Shown here in pieces: positions 1-8,221 of a DNA stretch of 12,007 nucleotides. Position 1 is the stretch's first letter. The number at the start of each line of letters is the position of its first letter. The translations under genes were made by a program, and so were the position numbers. The DNA is from a bacterium (GTDB lineage: Bacteria; Muiribacteriota; UBA6191). Location: NCBI GenBank assembly GCA_036339875.1, contig JAYZAC010000082.1, forward strand, positions 1 through 12,007, written 5' to 3'. The notes beneath the pieces were generated by a model, which searched no databases, had not been told where the DNA came from, and was given only the letters and a program-made list of their open reading frames with translations.

Positions 1-11
1 CTTCTGTAAAT

Positions 12-40
12 TTGAAACATGACCTTCGGCCCTTTATACT
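12..40 (+). promoter_or_regulatory. Putative sigma70-type promoter of the prkA-yeaH-spoVR operon
   Basis: TTGAAA (12-17), a 17-nt spacer and TATACT (35-40). Both hexamers are 5/6 matches to TTGACA/TATAAT. It lies about 90 nt upstream of the prkA ATG, and a Shine-Dalgarno AAGGAG sits at 117-122. Confidence 0.6.
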
Positions 41-127
41 AAGTTGAGTCCAATTTGTGGTATGACCCCAGTGTGCTGACAAAAGCTCTGTTTTTACCTG
101 ATTTCTGTGCGAATTTAAGGAGAAGAG

Positions 128-2152
128 ATGGCGAAGGAAAAGTCTGGCAAATCCGAATCTGCTGCTACACAATTTTTAACCACAATCGCCCAAGAATTTA
201 ATCGTGATAAGTTTGAGAAACTCAATGAGTGTATTAGCTTTGATGATTATTTGAATAAGGTGATCGACAATCCAAAAATAGCAGCTCTCTCACATGAAAG
301 AGTCTTCAATATGATCATGTCTCATGGTACTGACGAAAGAGAAATCAATGGAGAAAGAGTACCAGTGTACAATTTCTTCAAAGAATCACTCTTCGGAATC
401 GAAGACTCAATTCATGCGATGATGAACTATTTTAAGTCCGCTGCAGACCGTCTCGATACGAGAAAGCGTATCCTTCTTTTACACGGGCCAGTGTCTGGCG
501 CCAAATCCACTATTGTCACAGCTTTAAAGAGAGGTTTAGAGGCATATAGTAGAACGGATGAAGGTGCGATTTATGCTCTTGAATGGTTACTAGACGATGG
601 TAATATCAGGCGTTGCGAAATGAACTCTGATCCACTACTGGTAATTCCTGCTAATCTGCGAGCACAGCTTTATGAAAATCACGGAATCTATGTCGAAGGT
701 GAGCTCCCTCCACAAAGTCGAAAAATATTCAAAGATCTCGAAGACAAGTATCAGGGTGATTTCGCCAAAATTCTCAAACATGTTCGTGCTCGACGTATCG
801 CAATCAGCGAACAAGATCGGATTTGTCTAGGAACTTTCCAACCAGCTGATCCTAAAAGTCAGGATATGGCGGAGCTCAACGGTAGTATTAATTATTCAAT
901 GATCGGAAAGGTTGGTAGCGAGTCGGATCCAGACGCTTGGAAGTTCGATGGCGAACTTAATAAAGCTAATCGTGGGTTAATGGAATTCATAGAGATGCTC
1001 AAGGCAGATGAACGCTTTCTATATATCCTTCTAACACTTAGTCAGGAACGTCAAATCAAAACACCTCGATTTCCGCTTATCTCTGCTGACGAAGTAATTA
1101 TTGCTCACACAAACGAAAGTGAATACAAAGACTTCGTCTCGGATCCCTCGAAAGAAGCTTTGATGGATCGTATTATTAAGATCGATGTCAAGTATAATCT
1201 GAGTGTTTCAGAAGAGGAAAAAATCTACGATAAATTACTCAGCATGGAGGCTAAGCGGATTACTAAGCATATTGAACCCTATGCTATTCAAGTGGCTGCA
1301 ATGTTTGGAGTTCTAACACGCTTAGAAGAGCCAAAAAAACTGACTTTGGCTCAAAAAATGAAATTGTATGATGGTCAGAGCGTTGAAGGATTTAAAGAGC
1401 AAGATATCAAAGAAATCCGAAAGGATACTCAGCGAGAAGGACTTCATGGTATATCTCCACGCTCTATGGTAAATATCATCAGTGAAACTTTAATCGATGA
1501 AGAAATACCGAGCTTAAATCCCTTTGCAATACTTTCCAATATTCATACTTCACTACAGTTAAGTCGCTTTCCTAAAGTCTCAGTAGAGGACAAAGAACGT
1601 TACCTCGATATCATTGATATTGTTCGTAAAGAATTTACGGATATCGCAAAGAATGAAGTCTTAAAGGCATTTCTGGCAAGTTATGAACCTGCTATGGAAG
1701 CTTTGTGCGCCAACTACCTTGATCATGTTGAAGCATACATCAATCAAGAAAAAGTGAAAGATCCAATCACCGGGGAAGATATGGATCCTGATGAGACTTT
1801 ACTGCGCTCAATAGAAGAAAAAATCGGTGGAATTACCGAGGCTAGAAAAGAACAGTTTCGAGCAAGTTTAATGGCATCGATTGGTTCTCTGATGCGCCGA
1901 GGTGAAAAATTCAGCTATAAAACAGATAACCGTTTGCGAAGAGCAATAGAGAAAAAAATATTCGAAGATAATCGAAATAATATCAAGCTAACCACTTTTT
2001 CATCTGCACAAACCGATACTGAAAATTTAAAGAAACTTGAAGCAGTTAAAAATCGATTAATTGAAGAATACGGGTGGAGTGAGCATGGAGCCAAAGATTT
2101 GATGAACTACATCGGAGGACTTTTGGCTCGGGGCGACATAAATTTTGACTAA
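128..2152 (+). CDS. prkA: PrkA/YeaG-family AAA+ ATPase (annotated as serine protein kinase)
   Basis: 674-aa ORF with SD. Family motifs include RKRILLLHGPVSGAKST (Walker A region), GTFQPADPKSQD, GSESDPDAWKFDGELNKANRGLMEFIEMLK, ISADEVIIAHTNESEY, YNLSVSEEEKIY and DPITGEDMDPDETLLRSIEE, all closely tracking B. subtilis PrkA as I recall it. It is followed by yeaH- and spoVR-like genes, the canonical synteny. Confidence 0.95.
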   Translation: MAKEKSGKSESAATQFLTTIAQEFNRDKFEKLNECISFDDYLNKVIDNPKIAALSHERVFNMIMSHGTDEREINGERVPVYNFFKESLFGIEDSIHAMMNYFKSAADRLDTRKRILLLHGPVSGAKSTIVTALKRGLEAYSRTDEGAIYALEWLLDDGNIRRCEMNSDPLLVIPANLRAQLYENHGIYVEGELPPQSRKIFKDLEDKYQGDFAKILKHVRARRIAISEQDRICLGTFQPADPKSQDMAELNGSINYSMIGKVGSESDPDAWKFDGELNKANRGLMEFIEMLKADERFLYILLTLSQERQIKTPRFPLISADEVIIAHTNESEYKDFVSDPSKEALMDRIIKIDVKYNLSVSEEEKIYDKLLSMEAKRITKHIEPYAIQVAAMFGVLTRLEEPKKLTLAQKMKLYDGQSVEGFKEQDIKEIRKDTQREGLHGISPRSMVNIISETLIDEEIPSLNPFAILSNIHTSLQLSRFPKVSVEDKERYLDIIDIVRKEFTDIAKNEVLKAFLASYEPAMEALCANYLDHVEAYINQEKVKDPITGEDMDPDETLLRSIEEKIGGITEARKEQFRASLMASIGSLMRRGEKFSYKTDNRLRRAIEKKIFEDNRNNIKLTTFSSAQTDTENLKKLEAVKNRLIEEYGWSEHGAKDLMNYIGGLLARGDINFD

Positions 2153-2202
2153 TACCAAAAATAGTAGATGAACTGAGTCGGCCTTTTCTGGAGTTTAATA
2201 GG

Positions 2203-3378
2203 ATGACAAGCATTCAAGTCACAGACATGATCCGGAACGGTGAGCGCGAGAAAAAAAGGCTCAACGAGAAGATCAAGGATAAGATAAAAAAGAATCTCAA
2301 ACAGTATGTCACTGATGAGAGCTTCATTGGTCGTAAAGGTAAAAAGTTTGTCCGCGTTCCAATTTATGGATTACGACTACCTCGATTCGTTGTTGATGGA
2401 CGCAAAGGTGGTGGCGTAGGTCAAGGAGAGGGTGAAGTTGGTGAAGCTCTTCCAGGACAAGGGCCTCCCAAACAAGGAAAAAAAGGAGGAAAAGGTCAGC
2501 AAGCTGGTAATGAACCTGGAGATCATCAAGTAGAAATCGATGTGAATCTTGATGAAATGGTAGAGCTCATTAGCGAGGTTCTAGAATTACCAAATATTGA
2601 AGAAAAGGGTAAAAAGAGCTCCATCAAAAGTAAAAAAATAAGGTGGACGAATCTTCGCAAGGTTGGCCCAGAGGCAACTCTCGACATTCGTAGGACCATA
2701 AAAAACTCTATCGTCCGCAATATCATAGAAGGACATTATGATCCTCAGAAAGATGATAGCCCGCCAATAATGATTGATCGCGATGATAAACGACATAAGG
2801 TTTGGGATGAAATTCTTGAGCGTCGAACCAATGCTGTGATTATTGCTATGATGGATGTCTCAGGTTCTATGGGTGACGAGCAGAAAGATATAGTTCGCAC
2901 GGAAATGTTTTGGATTGAGCAATTTCTGAAACGACAATACGACGATCTAGAAATTGTATACATCATCCATGATACTCAAGCCAAAATCGTTGATCATGAA
3001 ATTTTTTACAGAATTAGTGAAGGTGGCGGAACTAATATTTCCTCCGCTTACGCCCTTTGCGAGCAAGTAATTCGTCAAAAATACCCTCCAAATGAATGGA
3101 ACATATATCCTTTTCATTTTAGTGACGGAGATAATTGGTCCAGTGAAGATGATGCGTTGTGCGTAAAATTACTAAAAGAATACCTATTACCAAATTGTAA
3201 TCAATTTTCGTATGCGCAAGTTACTAGTAAATGGGGAAGTGGCAAATTCAAAGATGTTCTAGAACGAGCAATGGAGGGTATGGACGAAAGAACTAGTAAT
3301 AAACTGGTTATTTCTCTTGTGAAAAACAAAGACGGAATTCTAGATTCAATAAAAGAGTTTCTAAAGAAGGGTAAATAA
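2203..3378 (+). CDS. yeaH: YeaH/YhbH family protein (DUF444) with C-terminal vWA-like domain
   Basis: 391 aa. It has the Gly-rich GGVGQGEGEVG...AGNEPGDH segment, LELPNIEEKGK, MMDVSGSM (DxSxS MIDAS-like), GGTNISSAY and WNIYPFHFSDGDNW. GGAG SD at 2190-2193. It lies between prkA and spoVR. Confidence 0.93.
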   Translation: MTSIQVTDMIRNGEREKKRLNEKIKDKIKKNLKQYVTDESFIGRKGKKFVRVPIYGLRLPRFVVDGRKGGGVGQGEGEVGEALPGQGPPKQGKKGGKGQQAGNEPGDHQVEIDVNLDEMVELISEVLELPNIEEKGKKSSIKSKKIRWTNLRKVGPEATLDIRRTIKNSIVRNIIEGHYDPQKDDSPPIMIDRDDKRHKVWDEILERRTNAVIIAMMDVSGSMGDEQKDIVRTEMFWIEQFLKRQYDDLEIVYIIHDTQAKIVDHEIFYRISEGGGTNISSAYALCEQVIRQKYPPNEWNIYPFHFSDGDNWSSEDDALCVKLLKEYLLPNCNQFSYAQVTSKWGSGKFKDVLERAMEGMDERTSNKLVISLVKNKDGILDSIKEFLKKGK

Positions 3379-4889
3379 TGATCAACGCTTTAGATTTACC
3401 CCAAGAACTAGAAGATTGGAATCAGCATATTCTCAAGCGAGCACGAGAAGAAGGGCTTGATTTTTTTGATACGATTTTTTACATGCTACCTTACTCATAT
3501 CTTACTGAGATAGCTGCACACGGAGGTTTTCCTAGACGTTACCAACATTGGTCCTTCGGAATGGAACATGAAAAATTAAAACGTTCCTATGAATGGGGAA
3601 TGGGTAAAATCTACGAATTAGTTATTAATAACGATCCATGCTATGCCTACTTGCTAGAAAATAATAACTTGATGCAGCAAAAACTTGTAATGGCACATGT
3701 ATATGGACATTGTGACTTCTTCAAAAATAATATCTATTTTCAAAATACTAATAAAAATATGATGGATGAGATGGCAAATCATGCAAGTCGTGTGGATCGC
3801 TATATTAGGCAATTTGGTTTAGATGAAGTAGAGCGATTTTTAGATGCTTGTATATCTATTCAAGATCATATCTCCCCTCTTTCAATGCCTTCACAAAGCG
3901 CCACCCCCTCTGAGGAAATGGAAACCGAAGAAGCACTTTTAAGGATTTTAAAACGTAAAAGCAACCCTGAAAACCCTGATTACATGGATATCTTCTTGAA
4001 TAGCAAGGAGTACATAGAGTTCAAACAAAAACAACTCGAAGAAACAGTGAAGAAAGCTCAACGTTTTCCCGCACGGCCTCAAAAAGATCTACTTTATTTT
4101 CTTTTACTTCACGCCCCATTGAAAAAATGGCAAGAAGACATTCTTTATATAATTCGTAAGGAGCGATACTATTTCATCCCGCAAGGTTACACAAAAATCA
4201 TTAACGAAGGCTGGGCAAGTTACTGGCACTTTAAATTAATGACAGAAAGCTTTCTAAAACCAGAAGATTTTATAAACTTTGCTATGGACCATTCCGGCAC
4301 TCTTGCTCGTCACCCTCATCAGCTGAATCCTTACTTACTGGGATTTACTTTATTACATGATATTGAAGATCGATGGAACAAAGGACAATTCGGAAGAGAG
4401 TGGGATGAATGTACTTCTCGAAATGAAAAGTTAGCATGGGATAAGAAATTAGGTTTAGGCCGCGAAAAAATCTTCGAATGCCGTCTAATAGAAAACGATT
4501 ACTCTCTAGTCGACAAATACCTTACAGAAGATTTTTGCGATAAGCATAAAATGTTTAAATATAATTTTGATCAGCAAACAGGCCAATGGGTGATTAGTGA
4601 TCGTAGTTTTGAATCTATCAAAAACCAACTTCTTGAAAATTTAGCCAACTTTGGTATTCCTCATATCTTGGTCTATGACGGCAATTATCAGAACCGTGGA
4701 GAACTTTACTTAAAACACCATCATGAAGGTGATTTAAGACAAGACTATGCTTGGGACACTCTTTCTAACATAGCATATATTTGGCAGCGACCTGTCCATC
4801 TAGAAACATTTGTTGATGGGAAAAGAAAACTCTACAGTTATGCTAGTGAGGATAAAAAAGAGCTGAATGATTTGGAAGATCAAAGCTAA
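3378..4889 (+). CDS. spoVR: SpoVR/YcgB family protein
   Basis: 503 aa with GLDFF, GFPRRYQHWSFG, KIYELVINNDPCYAYLL, MAHVYGHCDFFKNN, YYFIPQGYTKIINEGWASYWH, LNPYLLG, GELYLKH and IWQRPVHLET. The start overlaps the yeaH stop (TAATG at 3376-3380), which suggests translational coupling. Confidence 0.95.
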   Translation: MINALDLPQELEDWNQHILKRAREEGLDFFDTIFYMLPYSYLTEIAAHGGFPRRYQHWSFGMEHEKLKRSYEWGMGKIYELVINNDPCYAYLLENNNLMQQKLVMAHVYGHCDFFKNNIYFQNTNKNMMDEMANHASRVDRYIRQFGLDEVERFLDACISIQDHISPLSMPSQSATPSEEMETEEALLRILKRKSNPENPDYMDIFLNSKEYIEFKQKQLEETVKKAQRFPARPQKDLLYFLLLHAPLKKWQEDILYIIRKERYYFIPQGYTKIINEGWASYWHFKLMTESFLKPEDFINFAMDHSGTLARHPHQLNPYLLGFTLLHDIEDRWNKGQFGREWDECTSRNEKLAWDKKLGLGREKIFECRLIENDYSLVDKYLTEDFCDKHKMFKYNFDQQTGQWVISDRSFESIKNQLLENLANFGIPHILVYDGNYQNRGELYLKHHHEGDLRQDYAWDTLSNIAYIWQRPVHLETFVDGKRKLYSYASEDKKELNDLEDQS

Positions 4890-6157
4890 CCTTTTCCAGC
4901 TCTTCGATCTCCACAAAAATTAAGTAAATATTCAACTGCCCTTTCCGATCCTTGATAATCATATTCACAATTGGACATTCTCTGCGAATTACGGTCGATT
5001 TGATCATCACTTAGCAACTTACTCAACTTATATCGGATTTTTTCAGTTGATAACTCCCGCTCATTTATCTCTAATGCGACTCCTAAATCCTGCAATCGCA
5101 TGGAATTATCCCATTGATCAACTCCCCAAGGTGCTATTAACTGAGGAACACCTGCTCGCAAACACTGAGCACTAGTTCCAATTCCCCCATGGTGTACCAC
5201 AGCTTTACATCTGGATATTAACCTATCATACGGTAAAAAATTAGCTTGGAATATATCGGGATGCTTTGAGACCGCCGAGCTAGAAAAATGTCCCGATACT
5301 AAAATCGCCCTTTGATTCAAGCTCAAAATAGCTGCTGACATTGTTTCCATAAACTTATCTACTCTTAAATTTGGAGTACCTCTACAAACAAGAATTGGTT
5401 TTTCGCCTCTAGATAGAAAATTCTCTAAAACTTCAGATATATCTAAATTATTTCTAAATATTGGAAAACCTACCGTTTGAAATTGTTTAGGCCAATCCTG
5501 AGGTGTTACACCTAGAAATTTCTGCGAATATAACCCTAAAATCGACTGAGGAGAATGAAACAAATCTAATAAATTTGTTGAACGTGTTAAGCCGAACTTA
5601 AATCTGAGGCTATTGACCTTCTTCAAAAGTAAAAAATTCACTACAGAATTAAACAATTTGAATCCTATCTTTCTCAAAGAGAGTGGTAATAATTTAGCCA
5701 AATGATATTTGAATAATCGAGGAGAAAATTGAGCAGAAGGAATTACACTTGGAGAGAAGTAAGCGCTCACGAAATCACACCCCGTTTTGTCGTGATAAAG
5801 TCGGGCACCTAAATTGGTACCATTTGCTACAAGAGTTATATTACCTCGATTTGAAATATTATCTAACAATTCAAAGATTGGTTTTACAGGATCTAAAAGT
5901 AGATATTTTACAAGAGCAAGGCTCAACTCATAAGTGTTGTTTACATTTACTGTTTTAATAAGATCTTCATATTTTTCAGAAGAACTAATTTGAATAAATT
6001 CAATGCGTAGATCTTCAAATAATGACTTAAAATGTCCGTTACTTATAAAAATAACTTTATGATTAAGTTGGGAAAGTCGTTGAGCTATACTCAACATGGG
6101 TAATACATCTCCATAACTTCCAAGGGTAACAAATACAAAGGGCTTACGAGAGATCAC
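4886..6157 (-). CDS. GT-B fold family 1 glycosyltransferase, RhlB (rhamnosyltransferase chain B)-like
   Basis: 423 aa with a GTG start. N-terminal GSYGDVLP and the C-terminal nucleotide-sugar box VVHHGGIGTSAQCLRAGVPQLIAPWGVDQWDN are present. The internal segments LGARLYHDKTG, VSAYFSPS, HSPQ and QDWP...GFP match what I recall of P. aeruginosa RhlB (LGARIAHEKYG, LSAQVSPS, HSPQ, QDWP...GFP). The SD is weak, so the exact start is less certain. Confidence 0.85.
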   Translation of the reverse strand: MISRKPFVFVTLGSYGDVLPMLSIAQRLSQLNHKVIFISNGHFKSLFEDLRIEFIQISSSEKYEDLIKTVNVNNTYELSLALVKYLLLDPVKPIFELLDNISNRGNITLVANGTNLGARLYHDKTGCDFVSAYFSPSVIPSAQFSPRLFKYHLAKLLPLSLRKIGFKLFNSVVNFLLLKKVNSLRFKFGLTRSTNLLDLFHSPQSILGLYSQKFLGVTPQDWPKQFQTVGFPIFRNNLDISEVLENFLSRGEKPILVCRGTPNLRVDKFMETMSAAILSLNQRAILVSGHFSSSAVSKHPDIFQANFLPYDRLISRCKAVVHHGGIGTSAQCLRAGVPQLIAPWGVDQWDNSMRLQDLGVALEINERELSTEKIRYKLSKLLSDDQIDRNSQRMSNCEYDYQGSERAVEYLLNFCGDRRAGKG

Positions 6158-6227
6158 ACCAATACCAAATCATTGGAGCTATAACAAAATAGAATGACAG
6201 ATCTTACAAGAATTTGAAAAAGTCATA

Positions 6228-6455
6228 TTAGTATAGACCTTTGGAATCTTCATCATCTGGAGCGACAATTCGAACTCCTTGTGCTTCTAAAAACTTTCTG
6301 AGTCTCCAAATATCGCATCTGATACAGTGGGAATGCTTAATTAAACGTATATCCTCTTCTGAGCCATCATTCATTCTGTGTCGGTCAATACTGTCCTGAA
6401 CGGGGCATTTTGAAGCCCTACAATAGTCTATGACATATTTTTTCACAGAACTCAT
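6228..6455 (-). CDS. Hypothetical 75-aa protein with four Cys (C-x4-C...H-x-H-C-x2-C), possibly metal-binding
   Basis: Fills an otherwise empty intergenic gap. It has a strong SD (GAGGAG about 9 nt before the ATG on the minus strand) and a protein-like composition. No family recognised. Confidence 0.75.
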   Translation of the reverse strand: MSSVKKYVIDYCRASKCPVQDSIDRHRMNDGSEEDIRLIKHSHCIRCDIWRLRKFLEAQGVRIVAPDDEDSKGLY

Positions 6456-6551
6456 TAGATTCTACTCCTCAGACTTATGACTACGCCTTTAATTAAAAAA
6501 TACACACTTATTGTAGAGCATTTGTCTACCTTACATAAAGATACTCTTTTT

Positions 6552-6557
6552 TTGACA
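6552..6557 (+). promoter_or_regulatory. Perfect -35 hexamer TTGACA upstream of the aminotransferase
   Basis: TTGACA lies about 30 nt before the ATG at 6588, inside the dyad TTTTTTG-A-CAAAAAA (6548-6562). There is no good -10 hexamer at canonical spacing, so support is weak. Confidence 0.25.
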
Positions 6558-6587
6558 AAAAACATATGAGATGCCGATACAAATAGA

Positions 6588-7709
6588 ATGAAATCAGAAG
6601 TTAAAGTTCCTTTTCTCAATCTCAAGAATCAAATACAGCAACTACCTCATATCCATCAAAAGGTACAAAATCTAATAGAATCTTGTGCTTTCGTAGGTGG
6701 TCCATCAGTTGAAGTGTTTGAAAAAAATTTTGCTGAATTTGTGCAGAGTGATTTTTGTGTCGGTGTCGGTAATGGAACTGATGCGCTAGAAATTGCACTA
6801 CAAGCTTTAGAATTACCAGCTGGTAGTGAAGTAATTGTCCCAGCTAATACTTTTGTTGCATCTGCTGAGGCCATAATTAATTCTGGCCTGATTCCTCGCT
6901 TCGTGGATTGCTCCTCTGACCACTTAAATCTTGATCCAAATTCTGTTGAGCAAGCCATTACTTCAAAAACATCAGCTGTAATGGTCGTACACCTATACGG
7001 ACAAGCCGCCCCAATGAACGAGCTATTAGATCTATGTCACAATAAAAATCTAATAATTTTAGAAGATTGCGCTCAAGCTCACGGCGCCACATACAACGAT
7101 AAACCTGTTGGCTCATTTGGTTCAATTGCTGCTTACAGTTTTTATCCAGGTAAAAATTTAGGTGCATTTGGTGATGCGGGAGCCATAACGACAAATGATC
7201 CAGACCTGGCTAATAAGTGTAGAAAGATATCAATGCATGGTGCAATGCAGAAGTATATGCACGAAATAAATGGTCGTAATTCAAGATTGGATAGTCTTCA
7301 AGCTTTAGTACTGAATGAAAAATTAAAAAAATTACCTGAATGGAATCGAATTCGAAAACATTCCGCAAGTCTATACTTGGAGCTTTTATCAGATATTCCA
7401 CACTTAAAATTAACAAAAGAACTGGAATTATCTGAGGGCGTCTATCATCTAATGGTTGCCAGACATCCAAAACGTGATTTGATTCGAAAAAAACTTGAGG
7501 ACTACGGAATACAATCTGGAATTCATTATCCTCATGCTTTAACTCAACTTCCCCATTATTCAAAAGCCTTAAAACCTGAAACCTGTAAAGAGGCCGAAGA
7601 TGCCGCATCTCAAGTTTTTAGTTTACCTATGGGGGAACACATGAATCCTGATTCAGTCAAATATGTTTGTGATAGTTTAAGGTCGATAATCGTTGAAAAT
7701 GAATTCTAA
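6588..7709 (+). CDS. DegT/DnrJ/EryC1/StrS PLP-dependent sugar aminotransferase (WbpE/GnnB-like)
   Basis: 373 aa with VPFLNL, GVGNGTDAL, VIVPANTFVASAEAI, VVHLYGQ, EDCAQAHGA, SFYPGKNLGAFGDAGAITTND (contains the PLP lysine), GRNSRLDSLQA, GIHYP and SLPM. Confidence 0.95.
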   Translation: MKSEVKVPFLNLKNQIQQLPHIHQKVQNLIESCAFVGGPSVEVFEKNFAEFVQSDFCVGVGNGTDALEIALQALELPAGSEVIVPANTFVASAEAIINSGLIPRFVDCSSDHLNLDPNSVEQAITSKTSAVMVVHLYGQAAPMNELLDLCHNKNLIILEDCAQAHGATYNDKPVGSFGSIAAYSFYPGKNLGAFGDAGAITTNDPDLANKCRKISMHGAMQKYMHEINGRNSRLDSLQALVLNEKLKKLPEWNRIRKHSASLYLELLSDIPHLKLTKELELSEGVYHLMVARHPKRDLIRKKLEDYGIQSGIHYPHALTQLPHYSKALKPETCKEAEDAASQVFSLPMGEHMNPDSVKYVCDSLRSIIVENEF

Positions 7710-7717
7710 TAAATATT

Positions 7718-8221
7718 TTAATCCTTGGAAACGTACCCACTTATTCTACCAGGATTACCCCTAACAATTGCATAATCAGGCACGTCTTTAGTAACTACTG
7801 TCCCTGCTCCAATTAAACAGCCTTTACCAAGAGTTAAACCGGGTAGAATTACCGCTCCCGATCCAATACTAGCACCCTCCCTAACTAGAGTTTTTTCTAA
7901 AAAGTAATCATCAACACCTTTCATCGCACCATCTGGGTTACAAGCTCTCGGAAATTTATCATTAGTAAATATTACTCCATGACCTACAAATACAGAGTCC
8001 TCTATTGTTACTCCTTCACACAGAAAACTATGTGTTGATATTTTACAACGTTCACCTACTACAACACCTTTCTGAATCTCAACAAAAGCTCCTATTCGAC
8101 TGTGAGATCCAATGGTGCACTCATATAGGTTCACGAAGGAATAAATTGTGACGTTTTCACCTGCAAGAACTTTTCTAATTTTTTTTTCAGGGCTATTCTC
8201 ATCAAGATATTGACTACTCAT
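7718..8221 (-). CDS. Left-handed beta-helix (hexapeptide repeat) sugar N-acetyltransferase, WbpD/WxcM-like
   Basis: 167 aa with VNLYECTIG, IGAFVEIQK, CEGVTIEDSVFVGHGVIFTNDKFPR, GASIGSGAVILPG and GAGTVVTKDVP...GNP. Its start overlaps the upstream oxidoreductase stop (ATGA, 8218-8221), and it has an AAGGT SD. Confidence 0.92.
   Translation of the reverse strand: MSSQYLDENSPEKKIRKVLAGENVTIYSFVNLYECTIGSHSRIGAFVEIQKGVVVGERCKISTHSFLCEGVTIEDSVFVGHGVIFTNDKFPRACNPDGAMKGVDDYFLEKTLVREGASIGSGAVILPGLTLGKGCLIGAGTVVTKDVPDYAIVRGNPGRISGYVSKD

Noticed and set aside
58..76. Sigma54 promoter (TGGTAT...TGC) upstream of prkA, attractive because yeaG is nitrogen-stress linked
   Set aside because: GG (59-60) and GC (75-76) are 14 nt apart instead of the required 10.
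47..127. prkA 5' leader as a riboswitch (GTGCTGA...ACCTGAT...GCG...AGG loosely recalls TPP; GACAAAAGC loosely recalls c-di-GMP-I)
   Set aside because: The TPP CUGAGA and GG-UAAU-CC elements and the c-di-GMP GNRA/receptor stems are absent, and no stable helices are apparent. An Infernal/Rfam scan would settle it.
2401..2520. Gly/Lys/Gln-rich low-complexity stretch in yeaH as a repeat or insertion
   Set aside because: It is the normal disordered Gly-rich linker of DUF444 proteins and has no nucleotide-level tandem repeat.
2526..2966. Three short minus-strand ORFs (2526-2726, 2587-2796, 2745-2966)
   Set aside because: They are antisense shadows wholly inside the well-supported yeaH, with no recognisable motifs.
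3378..4889. spoVR/prkA as evidence of endospore formation
   Set aside because: These genes are widespread in non-sporulating bacteria (E. coli yeaG/yeaH/ycgB), and no other sporulation gene is in the window.
5749..5958. 69-aa plus-strand ORF
   Set aside because: It is antisense to the GT1, has a TTG start and shows no motifs.
6548..6562. TTTTTTG-A-CAAAAAA dyad as an operator or terminator
   Set aside because: The arms are homopolymeric A/T runs in an AT-rich gap, easily arising by chance, and a 1-nt loop cannot form a hairpin.
6656..7608. Chain of three minus-strand ORFs (7210-7608, 6958-7194, 6656-6958) that looks like a continuation of the oxidoreductase-acetyltransferase operon
   Set aside because: All lie antisense within the motif-complete aminotransferase, and their translations look like typical off-frame sequence.
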